Positions 36,189 to 50,435 are shown, counted from the first letter of the stretch. The stretch: DNA of 64,000 nt from Chiloscyllium plagiosum (GCF_004010195.1 NC_057749.1:10899269-10963268); one strand, 5' to 3'. Numbers and translations: made by a program. The notes: generated by a model not told the origin, from the letters alone.

Positions 36189-37870
36189 CTGTGTGAAGGA
36201 GGTAAAGGTTCAGTGGTTTCTTTTGCATGATATTCTGAGTTCTCAAAATACAACTCCATTTTGCCTTTTTGTATCATAAAAGGTAAATCGGGTGTACAAC
36301 TTTTTCCCAGTCAGCTTTCCATGCTACACATGATGGAGAAGTATCAAGAAATCAAAGAACTCAATATTTGCACTGTTTTAATTTATGTCTGCAATTTGGC
36401 CACAATTGGAACAGAATGGGCCAGTGGAGAATGAGGGGTGATTACACTGAAATGTATAAAGTTCTCAGAGGCTTTTGTCAGAGTGGATACTGAGAGGCTC
36501 ACAGCTCCACTCAGTTGTAAGGTTTAGAAGCAGAGAATCACAGACACAGAGTAACACATCAGATATTTCAAATGAGGAGGAGGAGAAAGGCTCAAATCAA
36601 AGGCTTGTGAATCTCTGGAATTGTCCACCCTAGAGATCTGTGGATGTTCAATCATTAAGAATGTTCAAGGTTAATTTAACTTGATATTTGGACTCTATGA
36701 TAATTAAGGGTTATAGGGACTGCATAGCAAAATGGAGTAGTGATTTAAGCCTGTTGGATGGTGGAGCAGACTCAACTGGCCCAATGGTCTCCTACTGCTC
36801 CAGCTTCTTTTGTTATGTTTATTTTAAAGCAACTAGACTGTAGAGGCTTTAAGTGATACACACCTACAACTTAACAGAATAATACTTATTAGAATCACAG
36901 AATCTCTAAGTGTTGAAGCAGACCATTCAGCCCATCAAGTCTGCACTGGCTTCTGAACAGCATCCCACTCAGACCCACCCCCTACTCTGTCCCTGTAATC
37001 TGCATTTCCCACAGCTAACCTGCCTAGCCTGAACATCCCTGGATACTATAGGCAACTTAACACAGGCAATCCACCTAACCTGCACATTTTTGCACTGCGG
37101 GAGAAAACTGAAGCACCCAGAGGAATCCCACGAAGACACACAGAGAATTGAACCTGGGTCCCTAGCACTGTTCTGCGAACCACTGAGCCGTCATGCCTTT
37201 ATTAAAATAAACCATGTGGTTTTCTTCTAAGGCAGCACATTCTCCGGCAATACTCCTAGAGCACAAGTTAAAGTTTCGGGACCCAACAATCACACTTCAG
37301 GTGTGGCATAGCGCCATAAAATGCAAAATTCCAGCTCTGGCATACTACTAGAGGTGTTACAAGCACAAGTTGCAGCGTCGTGCTTTAGGACTGTTAATAA
37401 CCTTGGTTATGATTGGCAACCTCACTTCAACTTTGTCAATGGTCTCACAGCCTTGATAGAAACATTGTTTGCATTTGGTTTGCTAAGACCATCAATAACA
37501 AATTCGCTATGATTTATCTTCCAGAACACATTGGATAAGGCAGACGGTGAAAGATCATTTCCGCTGGTCAAGGAACATGAAAACCAAGATTCTCGGGATA
37601 AGGGGTCAATCACTTAGGATTGAGATGAGGAGAAACTACTTCACTCAAAGGGTTGTGAATCTTTGAAATTCTCTACCCCAGAACGTTTGAACCTATTTAA
37701 GGCTGCGATAGAGAGCCTTTCTGGTCTCTGAGGAAGGTAGGGACAAGAGCAGCAGGCAGCGTCGAAGTCCAAGATCAGCCATGACAATATTAACTGGCAG
37801 AGTTTACTGGGCCAAATGGTCTACCCCTGCTCCTACTTCTTTTGAAATCAGGGCTGGCAAGGTCACATAC

Positions 37871-38020
37871 CTCAAATGGTGCAATAATGAAAGTTTTAGA
37901 TCGGAGGTCAACTTTCTGCCACCGGTCAATGAAAGGCAACAGGAGGATCATTCCAGGGCCCTTGCTGCCGAGAATTCTTCCTAAGCGGAACACCACAAAC
38001 CGCTCATACTTCGGCACCGA
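37871..38020 (-). CDS. STOML1: STOML1 exon 3 (SPFH start)
   Basis: ctacag|SVPKYERFVVFRLGRILGSKGPGMILLLPFIDRWQKVDLRSKTFIIAPFE|gtatgt, 150 nt. Band-7 signature YER.V.FRLGR...GPG...LPFID...VDLR. Confidence 0.97.
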
Positions 38021-38766
38021 CTGTAGTTACAAACAGAAACAACGGTTAGTAAGATCCAACCCCATCCTTCTAACATGACAAAGCATTTACAATTTAACAA
38101 CCAAGACAAAACATTTGTAGTTTTATTTCAAAAATGGGGCAGAAACTCAGGCTGCATTCCACAAACAATAGCATCGGTCCCCAAGTTTTGTTGACTTTGA
38201 ACTGAGCAGCTTACATGGCCAGTTCAGGGGGATATCAAATACTAAACCACACTGCTGCAGCTCTGGAGCTCCATAGATGCCAGACTGGGTAAGAATTCCA
38301 TCTGTAAAGGGTATTAGTGACCTAAATGGATTTTTACAACAGTCAATGATAGTCATCATGACCACCATCACTGAGATTAGCTTCAAGTTCCAGATTTATC
38401 ACATAATCAAAGCAGAATTCGATTTAGTTAAAACCACTGAAAACTATGTTTGAGGTCATGAAACCTGACCATTGCCGGAGTTTCAGATCCTAGTCAAATT
38501 TCTGAAAATGAGGTTGCTGGATATCAGGCAAGCCAACTGGTAGGTAAATGGGCAGAGGATGGAAGCTGCAAATTTTGGACATCTGGCCCTCCATATGTCC
38601 AAAATCCAAATGAGATTTTTGTTTAAATAGTCATGCTTGGGATGTGGGTGTCACTGGCTAAGCCAGCATTTATTGCCCATCCCTAACAGCAAGATAGAGG
38701 TTAGCAATATCATGGCACTAACTGAACAGCACCAGTGCTCCCTGGTGGCTGAGTCAATACATCTCC

Positions 38767-38962
38767 ATCAAAACGTATGGTTCTGGAAAAGCAAAGCCGG
38801 TCAGGCAGCATCCGAGAGAAGAGTTGATGTTTCAAGCATAGGCTCTTCATCAGCTCGAAACGCTGACTCTTCTACTCCTCAGATGCTGCTGACCAACTGT
38901 GCTTTTCCAGCACCACACCTTTTGACTCTGATCTCCAGCATCTGCAGTCCTCACTTTCTCCC
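38767..38962. mobile_element. Older Penelope-like fold-back mini-insertion
   Basis: Reverse then forward terminal repeat. caatacatctcc at 38755-38766 and 38966-38977. Confidence 0.8.
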
Positions 38963-39425
38963 AGACAATACATCTCCCTTAAACAACAATTGAACTGAAG
39001 TTCTTCATACAGTTTTATTGTTGTTTGTAGAATCTTTACTACATGCAACACCATTGCTTCCACAATAGTTATTGTCTTCAAGCATGCAATGATATAATGA
39101 GATGTCGCTGGCAGGAATTATGTAGGATATCCTTTTGCAATCATATTTCAAGGAAATTTTTCTGCTGTAATTCAAACTCCAGCACCACAGATGAACCTAA
39201 TCGTATTCCACTTAGTGTTAACTCACATTTGCGAGATGGTATCACGCATTAGACACTGGTGTACTAGTTGAATTTCTCCAGCCCTTGTGCAGCTGGTGTC
39301 CCAACCATAACCTGGTAATTCAGCACTGGCTGGTAACCTAAGCCATCCTGCTCTATTTTCCTACAGAAGCCACTGTAGGAATAAAGGAAAAGGACAAATC
39401 AGATTTGCCGTGGCGCTTGACGTAC

Positions 39426-39532
39426 CTTTAGCACAAACCAGCCTGTGACTGGAAAAGTGAGGATCATAAAGAGATAAGTAAGGACGATCAGAATCCAACT
39501 GCACACCAACTCTGGACAAGTCTGAGTATTGC
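39426..39532 (-). CDS. STOML1: STOML1 exon 2 (hydrophobic intramembrane segment)
   Basis: ctctttcag|GC NTQTCPELVCSWILIVLTYLFMILTFPVTGWFVLK|gtacg, 107 nt, phase 1/0. Contains the stomatin-family TFP...W..LK motif. Confidence 0.95.
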
Positions 39533-42059
39533 CTGAAAGAGGGGAGGCAAGTTTTTTAAAAAGGCATGCCATTTAGAGTCAGCAATTGAGACTAAATGCA
39601 CAGTGACAGGTTTCATTTTGTTTCCAAATGGTGAATTGTAACCAGAATCATATGAAGAACTTGCATGTAAAGTTAGGATGTTTTTCAGATCGTTGGAATT
39701 ATCTTGCTTATTAACGTTTGCCCCTGATCCCCTTCTCATTCAATTTGGTCATGGCAGCTGTATAATTCAACACCAATTGCCTACCTTTTGTTTCAAACCC
39801 CTTGATATCAAGTCTAACAAAAGTATAAAATATGTTTTAAGAATATGACGGAATATATGAAGGCAATAACTGAGGACAGGTATAGAATCTGATTTACTAG
39901 TACTTCCATATAATATGTTTTGACAATAAATGACTTAGTCCATCTAATGACTTAGTCCATCTTAGCCTGACCTAAATTCACTGGTGGAAGATTCTGCTTT
40001 GACTTTTAAGGGGAAAATACTAGACTGCATGTTGGATGAAGCATACATTTCAAAATTAATTAATTGGCTGGGAAGCACTTTGGGACATTGAATGGGAAGG
40101 ACAGGCACTATTTAAATGCAATTCTTCCCATTTTCTTTATATCATATTACATCAGGTTTCAGCTGACATGTGGCATGAATTTGTCTATGGAAGCTGACTC
40201 TTGTGTTAAGCACAAGGAAAATTATTGTTAGGGAGCCACTTATTCCTGAAGCCAATTACGACATTTACTATTGCACTGAAACTGTGAGATTACAGATACA
40301 ATTGCAGTCATACGGATGCCCATTTTACGTTGTTATTAACTGAGAACATAAATGGATCAACACAATCAGCTCAAGGAATTTCAAGATAAAAATCCATAAA
40401 CATTCATTTGCATTATATCACAGAAGCTAATCTCTTCATCCAAAAGTGGTGAGAATGTGGATCCTGCTATTACAAAAAAAAGATCAATCAAGGTAAATGG
40501 CATAGATACATTTTTTTATTATTCATTAAGGGGATGTGGACTACGCTGGACCACTATTTATCATCCACCCATCCCTTGCTGCCCTTGAGAAGGGTGATGG
40601 GCTGCCCTCTTGAACTGCTGCAGTCTATTTGGTGCAAGTATAACCATAACCATAATGCTCTTAGGCAGCAAATTAGAGGATTTTAACTTAATGATGGAAA
40701 CAGTGATATATTTTCAAGTGGGGATGGGAATGAGGGACTTGGAGGAGAACTTATAGGCGGGGTGGAATTCCCATGTATCTGCTCCCTTTGTCCTTCTAGA
40801 CAGTACTGACTTTGTAAGGTGCTGTCTTAGCAAATTTCTACAGTGCATCTTGAAGCACACACTGCTTATACTGTGCACCGGTAGTGCAGGGAGTGGATGT
40901 TTGCGATGTGTTTTAAGGGGAAGAAAGATTGAACACAAAGGGAGAGGAAAAGATTTATGCTGACTGAATTAGGTTAAGAAGAGTTGGTGATTGCCTGCGT
41001 GGAGCATTAATATCGGCACAAAGAACCAAACATTCCATTTCTGTCTTCTGAGTTCTATCCAAGAGACTTGTAATGTATGTTGGAATTTCTATCCACAGAT
41101 CTCCTCATAGTTTGATATAAAGGGGGTCAAAGCAAGCACAATGAAAGATGATATTCAGTTTTCTATTCTGCACTGGAGAAATCCAATCAACAACTTTCTT
41201 TTCCATCACTACATTAATTAGTCCTTTCAACAAATCAGTTTTCTCAGAAGTAACAACATAAGCGAGTAAACAACATTTTTCCCTCTTCCAGAAGATGACA
41301 GCTCTGAAAGTTAAAAAACATCACATGCCTAAGTGCGTGATGGGTCTCAGGTGCAGAAGTCAAATGACATCCATCAGTGATGACAATGACTTATTTTGAT
41401 TTTAAAACCAGAGCCTTAATTTGACATCTTCTGCTCTTAGACCTAACAAACCCGGTAAATGTTAAAATATAGGCTTAATCCTTTCTTCACCCAGTTCCTG
41501 ATCCAAGCAAAGGATAGGGAAGCAAAGAGAAAAATCAGATAAAACACAAACACAGAGAGAACTAGCTTTTAATGAATGACCTTAGAAGCAGATTGCAATG
41601 GGATAGGTTCAAGGGAAAAGAGAAATCCATTTAGTAGGGAAGAAAATACCAGTTTTTCCTCAAAAAGCTTCAATTTTTTCTGGATTGTAATTTAGACATT
41701 TTTAATTTTATAGAACTAAACATATTGAAAACTGATAAACTCTTAAAATTATGACAATTTATAAACATTATTTATAACAATAATCACTAAAACGTGATTG
41801 GTGGATAAGTATTGAATAAAGCTTTGTATACAATAATCTATTGACTACTAAATAAGGACTATCCTCATTACATGTAGTACCCCACTCAGTAAGATAGTCT
41901 CACTGAATCATAGAGATGCACAGCACGGAAACAGACCCTTTGATCCAACTCGTCCATGCCGACCAGATATCGTAACCTAATCTAGTCCCATTTGCCAGCA
42001 TTTGTTCCATATCCCTCTAAACCCTTCTTATTCATATACCCATTCAGATATCTAATACT

Positions 42060-42466
42060 GGAACCTTTGTGATTATCACCATCATTCCCCTTCTTATGCC
42101 TCCTCAGCTCTGACCCTATTTGCTCAATCCACACTCTTCCCTTGCCAATTTCCCTTATCTTGTTCCTTCCACAGCCGCAAATCCATGGAACCAGACTGCC
42201 TCGCCCCATCACAACCCGCAAACCCTGTGGAATTTTTCTCCACTCACTCCTACCCTCAAAGACCCTGATTCTCTTCTCCAACACTCAAAACCTCTCTTCC
42301 CCAAAGCCCCACCTACAACAGTCTCTCAACAGTCTCTTGTCATCAACCTCAAGATCCAGAGTCTCATCTTGACCCTCAAGAACCAAACTATCTTCCCCAC
42401 CCTGTGGAGATCCTCTCTCCATCCGCACTCCACCCCGATGAGACCCACTCTCCTTCCACACTCCAG
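42060..42466. repeat. C/T-rich low-complexity tract abutting the gap
   Basis: Strongly G-poor plus strand. Confidence 0.7.
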
Positions 42467-42966
42467 NNNNNNNNNNNNNNNNNNNNNNNNNNNNNNNNNN
42501 NNNNNNNNNNNNNNNNNNNNNNNNNNNNNNNNNNNNNNNNNNNNNNNNNNNNNNNNNNNNNNNNNNNNNNNNNNNNNNNNNNNNNNNNNNNNNNNNNNNN
42601 NNNNNNNNNNNNNNNNNNNNNNNNNNNNNNNNNNNNNNNNNNNNNNNNNNNNNNNNNNNNNNNNNNNNNNNNNNNNNNNNNNNNNNNNNNNNNNNNNNNN
42701 NNNNNNNNNNNNNNNNNNNNNNNNNNNNNNNNNNNNNNNNNNNNNNNNNNNNNNNNNNNNNNNNNNNNNNNNNNNNNNNNNNNNNNNNNNNNNNNNNNNN
42801 NNNNNNNNNNNNNNNNNNNNNNNNNNNNNNNNNNNNNNNNNNNNNNNNNNNNNNNNNNNNNNNNNNNNNNNNNNNNNNNNNNNNNNNNNNNNNNNNNNNN
42901 NNNNNNNNNNNNNNNNNNNNNNNNNNNNNNNNNNNNNNNNNNNNNNNNNNNNNNNNNNNNNNNNNN
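42467..42966. other. Assembly gap (500 N)
   Basis: Run of N. Confidence 1.
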
Positions 42967-43681
42967 TATTTAAAAAAGGCACTCTTCCTTGCAATAACCC
43001 TGGGGCCATTATATGTCCTTCCATTCTGAAAAGTAATCCATTGCTATACATAGAACAATAAACAATACAGAACAGAAACAGGGCAGTCAGCCCACCACAT
43101 CTGCACCAACCATGATGTCATTCTAAACTAATGCCATCTTCCTGCACATGGTCCATATCCCTCTATTCCCTGTATCTGTCAAAATGCCTCTTAAACTTTG
43201 TTATTGTATCTACTTCTACTGCCCCCACCCCACCCTACCCCATCCCCCTTCCAACAGTGTGTATCAGGCACCTACAACTCTATAAAAAAAACTTACCTCA
43301 CACATCTTTGAACTTCCTCCTTCTCACCTTAAACCTATGTCCCCTTGACATTTCCACCCTGAAAAAAAGACTCCAACTATCCCTATCCAAGCTGCATCAT
43401 GGCTTAGCAACCTTTATACTCAATGCTCTGACTGTAGAAGGCAAGCATTCTGCACTATCTTATTGATTTGTGTTGTCACTTTCAGGGAACTATGGACTTG
43501 TACCCCAAGATGCCTCTGTATATCAATTCTCCCTTAGAGTCCTGATTTTTACTGTATACTTTCCTTTTGCATTTGACCTCCCAAACTGCATCACCTCACA
43601 CTTGTCTGGATTGAACTCCATCTGCCATTTCTCCAACCAACTTTCCATTTGATCTATATCCTGTTATATCCACAACTTGAC

Positions 43682-44258
43682 TGTGGATTAGAACTTGATT
43701 AGAAATGTAGTTTCTGCAGGTGGTGGTGGTTAGAGATGTTGTTTTTGCAGATGGGTGAGGGGGTGTTGTGGGGGGAGGGGAAGGGGAACACTACACAAAC
43801 GGTCGCGGGATTCTTGCAGCATACTTAAGGCTAAGATTTTAACGAATATAAAGGTTTTAAGAAATAGTTTTAAACTAAGAAATAACTTTAAAGTGTTGTA
43901 GTTGACCACAAAAGAAGCAGTAGGAGCATTTCACAATAAGCTTATAGTATGATAAGGGGAACTGGATAAAATAACAGACAGGCTGTAACAGACAAGGACA
44001 AGGACAGCAGGGTAGCCAGATAAGGAAAATTAGAGAAAAACGAGTGAGGTAATCGGCTTATGATAGGATGGGAAAAGGGAGGCATGATTCCGCAACTTGC
44101 AAACTGAATAAAAATGCTTACATGCTTTGTTTTCGCGTGCCTTTGCTAGCCTGATTGCTTGAGCAAACGCCCGTTCTTGCAAGGCCATAAAGAATAAAAT
44201 GTTCTTGTTTCCAAGGCTTTGTCTCAGGCTGAATCGTGAGTGAGTTTTGTTTCTCACA
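43682..44258 (+). mobile_element. Solo LTR with 5-bp TSD, nested in a CR1 fragment (~43050-44410, minus)
   Basis: TGTGGA...TCTCACA termini, ttgac at 43677-43681 and 44259-44263, AATAAA at 44193-44198. Confidence 0.85.
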
Positions 44259-44599
44259 TTGACCATGCTGTTTGCAAACTTATTAATCAAACCATCTTCA
44301 TGTTCATCAAAATCCTTTTTATAAATTACAAACAACAGAGGTCTCAGCACTGATCCCTGTGGAACACACTGGTCACAGACCTCCAGTCAGAAAAACACCC
44401 CTCCACAACTACTCCATAACACCCCTGAATAAATATATGACTATATATCACATGTATTTAATTGGCTGTAGAACATTCTGGGCATAAGGGAGTCAAAGCT
44501 ACAGGGTAGACAAAAGTGTGGAGTTGAGGCCACAATCAGGTCATCCATGATTTTACTGAATGGCAGAGCTGGCTAGAGGAGTCAGATTGGAAAACATAG

Positions 44600-47085
44600 T
44601 CGACCAGTGTGTAACTTATCTGTCAAGTCAGATTTAATATCTTATTTATCTAATTAATTTATTTCAGGTTTATTCTTCACCTTAGACTGCTACATCCCAT
44701 ATTAGTTACATATTTGCTCATGGGTTTCACAATCTGCTTCCAGTAGCAACGTCGGACAATTTTTAAATCCTAACAATGACAATGAAAAAACACTGAATCA
44801 ATTTGAAATGAACTTTAATCATCTTATTTTGGAATCAGCACTGAAGAAGAAAGAAAGGTTAAGAAATAAAATAATGAGCAAGCAAATAGGTACTTAGGAA
44901 AATCATTACCAGTCAATTACATTAATGAAACAGCCTCTCCATTAACAGGTACTGATATAAAACTTGGATTGTTTGTCAGTATTTTATAATCAAAATCAGA
45001 ATGGTATCAGTTGCGCAACTTTTAATTATTCTAATAATTACTATAATGACAGACATCTTACTAAACTACAAACTAGAATCCCATTTCATTCTAGTTAATT
45101 CTGTGGCTTTGCACCGCAGACAGTAATCTCATTAGTGCACAACCACATTCATATCACGTGGACAACTAAGTCCCATTTAGCGAACCACAAATTATAGGCA
45201 ACATATGTCAGTCTCCGACTAAGATGCTGAAAAGAGACACATCTTAGTTTTATTTTAACTGAAAATATCATAAGTAACGTGCACAAATGCGTGGTTTAAT
45301 GACACAATAAACAGTTTTGACATTGAAACATTAGTCATAAATTGACTATGTAATTTGCACATTATTGGATAATTTTAAATTTTAACATAGTCGTGTCAGA
45401 TAGCAGCACAGGTATCAAATAAAACCTGGCTTTTGACAAGATTGATATATTGTGGTTGAGTTAGGGTATCAAGCATTTGCAATTAAATGAGGCACAGATC
45501 CACTACGACCAAACTGAATGGTGGAACAGGATTGAGATACAGAAAGTCTCCTGATGTTAGTACGGCTGTGTTAAAATATTAAATATTATCTCAGCAATGT
45601 GTACAACTTGCTAGATTTCCTGCAATAGTCTGCTTAAATACACAAAGTCCAACGTCAAGCCTCCTTTAGTTCGGTGAAGTGGATTTAGCGAGCATCATGC
45701 TATAAAATCTTCCTTTACATTGACAGATAAACAATATAAAGAATATGAAGCACAATTAGTGTATGAAATCACACTTCCAGTTTGTACCTATTCCAAAATC
45801 AGGTGGTAGAGGGAACTTTAAAGAAAAGCAGTGCACAAAGAATTTCTGTTTATGTAAAACAAGACCAATCACAAATGCATAAACACAGAACAAGTTCAGT
45901 CATACAAACATGACCTTGAGACAGGTTTAGACATTTTATTAAAACTTTAAAAAGTTAGATGAGTAAACTTCTGTTCAGTTTTTAAGTCCCATATTCAACA
46001 GGAGTTTACTGAAAATTGACAATCCAGTTAAAAACCAGATAAAAGCCTGCCCCAGAGGAATAAAAAGCAAAGATTTGCATGTATTTGGATCATTCAAGAC
46101 CACATCTGAAAACCTTGTATAGTCAATGAAAGACTTTTTGACATCTGTTTTAAAGTAGGAAGGACAACGATAATTTATGCACAGAAAGCTCCCAGAAACA
46201 ACAATGTGATAATGACCAGATTATTTGTTTTTCTGATATTGTCTGAAAGAACAAATACTGGCCAGGACACTAGCAATAACAAACTTCCTCTTCCTTAAAA
46301 CAGTTTCATGGAATTTTTTGTGCTCCCTTGAGAAGGCAGAGAGAGCCTTGTTTTAATGTCCCATCTTCAATGCAGCAGTCAGTACGGCACCGGGGTGCCA
46401 AGCTTGATTTTTATGCTCAAGTCTCTAGAATGAACTCAGTACTTTCTGACTGGGAGGTGAGAGAGCCATAAAATAAGCCACATCTCACTCAGAATTCATG
46501 ACAATACATAATTAAACTGGTGGGACGAAAGGTCTAATAACAAACCACTACTGTATGACAGAGATCCCCAATGTGCAGTGTATTTTGACATGTCTACACA
46601 GTTAACAAAGAGAGAAAGGTGACTGAATAAACAACTTGCAAACTCTGGTTACAGGTACTCCTAGGTTGCAACACATCTTAACATTACATTAGAAGCAAAC
46701 TTTAAAGTTAGTCCCACAAATGAATAAAGTCCGCAGTTAAAACTGGAAGTTTCCACTGTAACCTGATTTCTGGATAACAGTGTCCTGCTGAAGTGCTCTT
46801 AGAGTACATCAGCAGCTGAAGGTGGAAGACTAGTTGAAGAATGGCTTTGGCTTCCTTCACTCCTGTGCACTCTTATCTCATGTTTTAGTTACTTAATCCC
46901 AATTTGTTAAAGTATGTGATCTGACAACGTTTGTTCCAATGAAATACAAATCCTGAAGAAACAACACTTTGTAGCCAGTAATCTTTACAAGTGGAGATTT
47001 TGTGATTCAGGTTTTACTGCATCAGGTCATGTGGCAGAGAATGGATGATGCTGAACTAGAGCTAAAATGGGGTTGCGTTTGCTCT
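44600..47085 (-). other. LRRC49: Probable LRRC49 3' UTR (end uncertain)
   Basis: AT-rich, mostly repeat-poor sequence after the stop. Minus-strand AATAAA at 45935-45940, 45249-45254 and 44658-44663. Confidence 0.5.
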
Positions 47086-47280
47086 TCATTTCTGGTCCAT
47101 TATGCTTTTCAGACATAGTTTCATATGTGTGTTTTTATTGCTCATCTGGATTACACAATCCCGGACAAGTTCAATGAATATCTGAGGCCAGAGTTTCTGT
47201 AGAGATTCGTTTTTAACATCAATAAGAGCAGCATCTTTAACCAGTTCCTGCACATATACTTGGCAAAATGCCTTTGTTTC
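47086..47280 (-). CDS. LRRC49: Leucine-rich repeat-containing protein 49, last coding exon
   Basis: aatcag|ETKAFCQVYVQELVKDAALIDVKNESLQKLWPQIFIELVRDCVIQMSNKNTHMKLCLKSIMDQK*, 195 nt. Matches the recalled human C-terminus (KNEALQKLWPQMFIELVRD...MKLCLQQITDQK). Confidence 0.93.
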   Translation of the reverse strand, partial: ETKAFCQVYVQELVKDAALIDVKNESLQKLWPQIFIELVRDCVIQMSNKNTHMKLCLKSIMDQK

Positions 47281-47904
47281 CTGATTTTAAATATGGGAGA
47301 AAACAAAGGAACAGTTAGTAAATAACTTATTATATTTGTTTGTCTGCCTATGCCTTGCACCCTCTACACTTAATATTATCCTCAGAGTTCTGAGTAAAGA
47401 TATCCAACACTTTGAAAATGTTAACATGAGCTTTGTGATCGGGTCAGGTTGCATTTCTCTGTGGCAAGACTGGAAACTCTAATGTTTGGCAGATGCAAAG
47501 TTGCATCTCATCATTAGAATGCTGGATTCATACTATTCTTTTGTCACGTACAGTGGAAGTGTATATACATAATTTTTTGACAGAAATAATCAGATGGATT
47601 TGGTGCCTCTTCACCAATCAGATCTAGAGATTAAAAGTACAACATTCTTACCTAAAATAATTTGAGCTGGCCATTTCTACAAATATAATGTGTTATCAGT
47701 GCTAACTTAATAATAGCTATTGTAATCCACCTGCAGCTGCTACAAGTAAGAGAGTTTTGAGCAGACATGTAACTTTAGTTACATCTTACAATAAATCCTG
47801 TAATGAGATGAATCCATGGCCAAATGTACGTTGTTTGTTCTTCCTAAATTTTAGTGTGGCTGCATTTTGAATATCAGCATTTTTATACCTGGCAGATGCA
47901 GTTA

Positions 47905-48358
47905 AGAGTCACAGAGCACGGAGACAGGCTCAACTTGTGTAAATTGACCAGGTTTCCTCAACTGAAATAGTCTGATTTGTCTGTCCCATATCCCTCTTAA
48001 TCTTTCCTAAACATGGACCTGTACAAATATCTCTTAAATGTAGTAATTGTACCCACCTCTACCACTTCCTCTGGCAGCTTATTTCATATAGGTACCACCC
48101 TCTGTGTGAAAACGTTGCTTCGTAGAGCCCTTTTAAATCTTACCCCTTTCACCTTAAACCAATGCCCTCTAATTCTGGACTTGCCCCACCACCAGGGAAA
48201 AACCTTGTCTATTTACCCAATCCATGACCCTCATTTTATAAATCTCTCTAAGTTCATCCCTCAGCCTTCTAAGCTTCAGGGGACAAAGTCCCAGTCTATC
48301 CAGCCTGTTCTTATAACTCAAACTTTCTTGTCTCGGTAACATCCTTGTAAATCTTGTT
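47905..48358 (-). mobile_element. CR1-type LINE 3' fragment
   Basis: RFTRMLPRQESLSYKNRLDRLGL..RRLRDELREIYK. Confidence 0.8.
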
Positions 48359-49324
48359 CTTAGTAAATAAACACAGTGACTGACACTGAACAAACTTTTG
48401 TCTTCATGGATATTATCAGAAATGAACAATTATTTTTGTTGACTGGATTCCCTTTTAATGTGGAAGGTTTTGTCATTATTTGTAAGTCAAACCCAAAGCA
48501 ACTGCTCCATGAGTGGTGGTGTTCGCCACAATGCAGACTTCAACAAAATAAATGCTGTTTGTTTTTTATGTCAATACATACCTCCAATAAAACCAATTAA
48601 AAGTTCCGAACTGCAATTGGTTGGCAACTTTGAGATTTTGTTGTAAACATTTGAAACTATTACCATTACTTTTTTTTAACCATCCTGGTAGGTAACCGAC
48701 CAGGTTTTAGTTACCGGTATTTACATTAAAATGAAAAGCACGGGTGTCTTGGCTAAGAGCAAAGGATAGGGCACAAGTCAAACCTTATGCAAAATATTTT
48801 GAGGATTTACCTTGATTTATACTTTTTTTTGCATGAAACAAGCCAAGTCAGGTATAAAGCACTTTCTACTTGAATTTTGTGGGACGGTTTAGTTCAGTTG
48901 GGTGGTTGTTCCTGGTTTACAATATAGTGTAATGGCCACAGTGTAGGTTCAATTCCTGCTATGGCTGATGTAACATATTCTCCTTCTTAACTTCTCTCTT
49001 CAGCTGAGGTGTGGTGACCCTCAGGATACAGCTCTCTCTCTCTAATGAGAGAGCAGCACCATGGCCTGGTAAGACTATGGCTACTTTTCTTTATTCAAAT
49101 ATATAACTGCAGACAAGCACTCCTTATTTTAGTCAGAGTCATCTTTTTGTTTATTACAAGAGCTTTAATGGACAGTCTTGTATTGTTAAATTGGGCCAAA
49201 ACTGTCCAAACATGTATTAAGAGCAATTATATGTAACAGGGGAGACTTGAATCTCAAAGGTTTACACTAAATTTAAGCCCAGGTCACTTTACTAGGTTGT
49301 AAGCAATTCTTTAAACTGTGAAGC

Positions 49325-50425
49325 ATAGAAACAATGACTAGGAGTAGACCATTCAGCCCTTTGAGTCTGCTCTGCCAATTAATATGATCATGATTGATGC
49401 TATATCTCAATGCCAGATTCCTGCTTTCTCTCCATTATCTGCGCTGCCTTTAACATCAGAAAATTTATCAATTTCCTTTTTGACTCAGTGACAAGGTCTC
49501 CACAGCCTTCTGTAATAGTGAATTCCACAGGTTGACCACTCTCCAAGTTAAGAAATTATTGTTCATCTCAGTCTTAAATGGCCTACCCCATATCCTGAGA
49601 CTGTGTCCCCTTGTTCTTAACTTGTCAGACAGGGGAAATACCCTCTCTGCATCTAGTCTGAGTAGCCTTGTTAACATTTTATGCATTCCAATCAGATCCC
49701 TTCATATTCTTCTAAACTCTAGTGAAAACAAGCTCAGTCTCTCATTATAAGATTGCCCAGTAACCCCTGGTATCAGTCCAGTGACCCTCCGCTGCACTGT
49801 CTCCAAAGCAAGTATATCCTTTTTTAGACAGGGAACCCAAAATTGCACAAGATACTTCAGGTGTGGTCTTATGAAGACCCTGTATAACCGTAATATGACA
49901 TTCCTGCTCTGAACTCAAATCCTCTTGCAAAATACCATTTGCCTTCCTAACTGCTTGTTTGTCTACTTTCATTGACTGGATGTACAACTGACGTACAAAT
50001 CGCTTTGCACATCCACATTACCCAATCTATCACCATTTAAATAATATTCTGCCTTCCCATTTTTCACACCAGCATGTATAACTTTACATTTATCCAGCAG
50101 CTACCATTTATTTGCTCACACACTCAACTTGTTTAAATCATGTTGAAGCCACTTACATACTACTCATAACTCACAATCCTACCAGTTTTGTGACGTCAGT
50201 AAACTTGGCTTTATTGCATTTGGCTTCCTCATCAAGGTCAATTATAGGCATTCTGAATAACTGGGGCCCAAACATTAAACAGTCAAGCATGGTACCCCAC
50301 TGGAAACTGTCACCCAGAAAACAATTATTCTATTTCCTGTCTGTTGAATAATTCTCCATCCTGCGATATGTTACTCCAATCCTATGTGCTTTAATTTTGC
50401 TCACCAGCTTTTTATGTGGGATCCA
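49325..50425 (-). mobile_element. Degraded CR1-type LINE
   Basis: TRGHSLRIWGRPFKTEMNNNFLTWRVVNLWNSL motif. Confidence 0.8.
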
Positions 50426-50435
50426 TGTTAATACT

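Noticed and set aside
39488..39739. 83-aa ORF as STOML1 N-terminus
   Set aside because: It overlaps exon 2 in the wrong frame and stops within it, and a strong acceptor exists at 39533.
42120..43061. Long ORFs spanning N runs (also 8851-9726)
   Set aside because: Length is an artefact of translating gaps.
47648..47690. Mini ATG-to-GTAAG exon as STOML1 exon 1
   Set aside because: It ends in phase 2 (phase 1 is needed), shows no similarity, and lies in the last LRRC49 intron.
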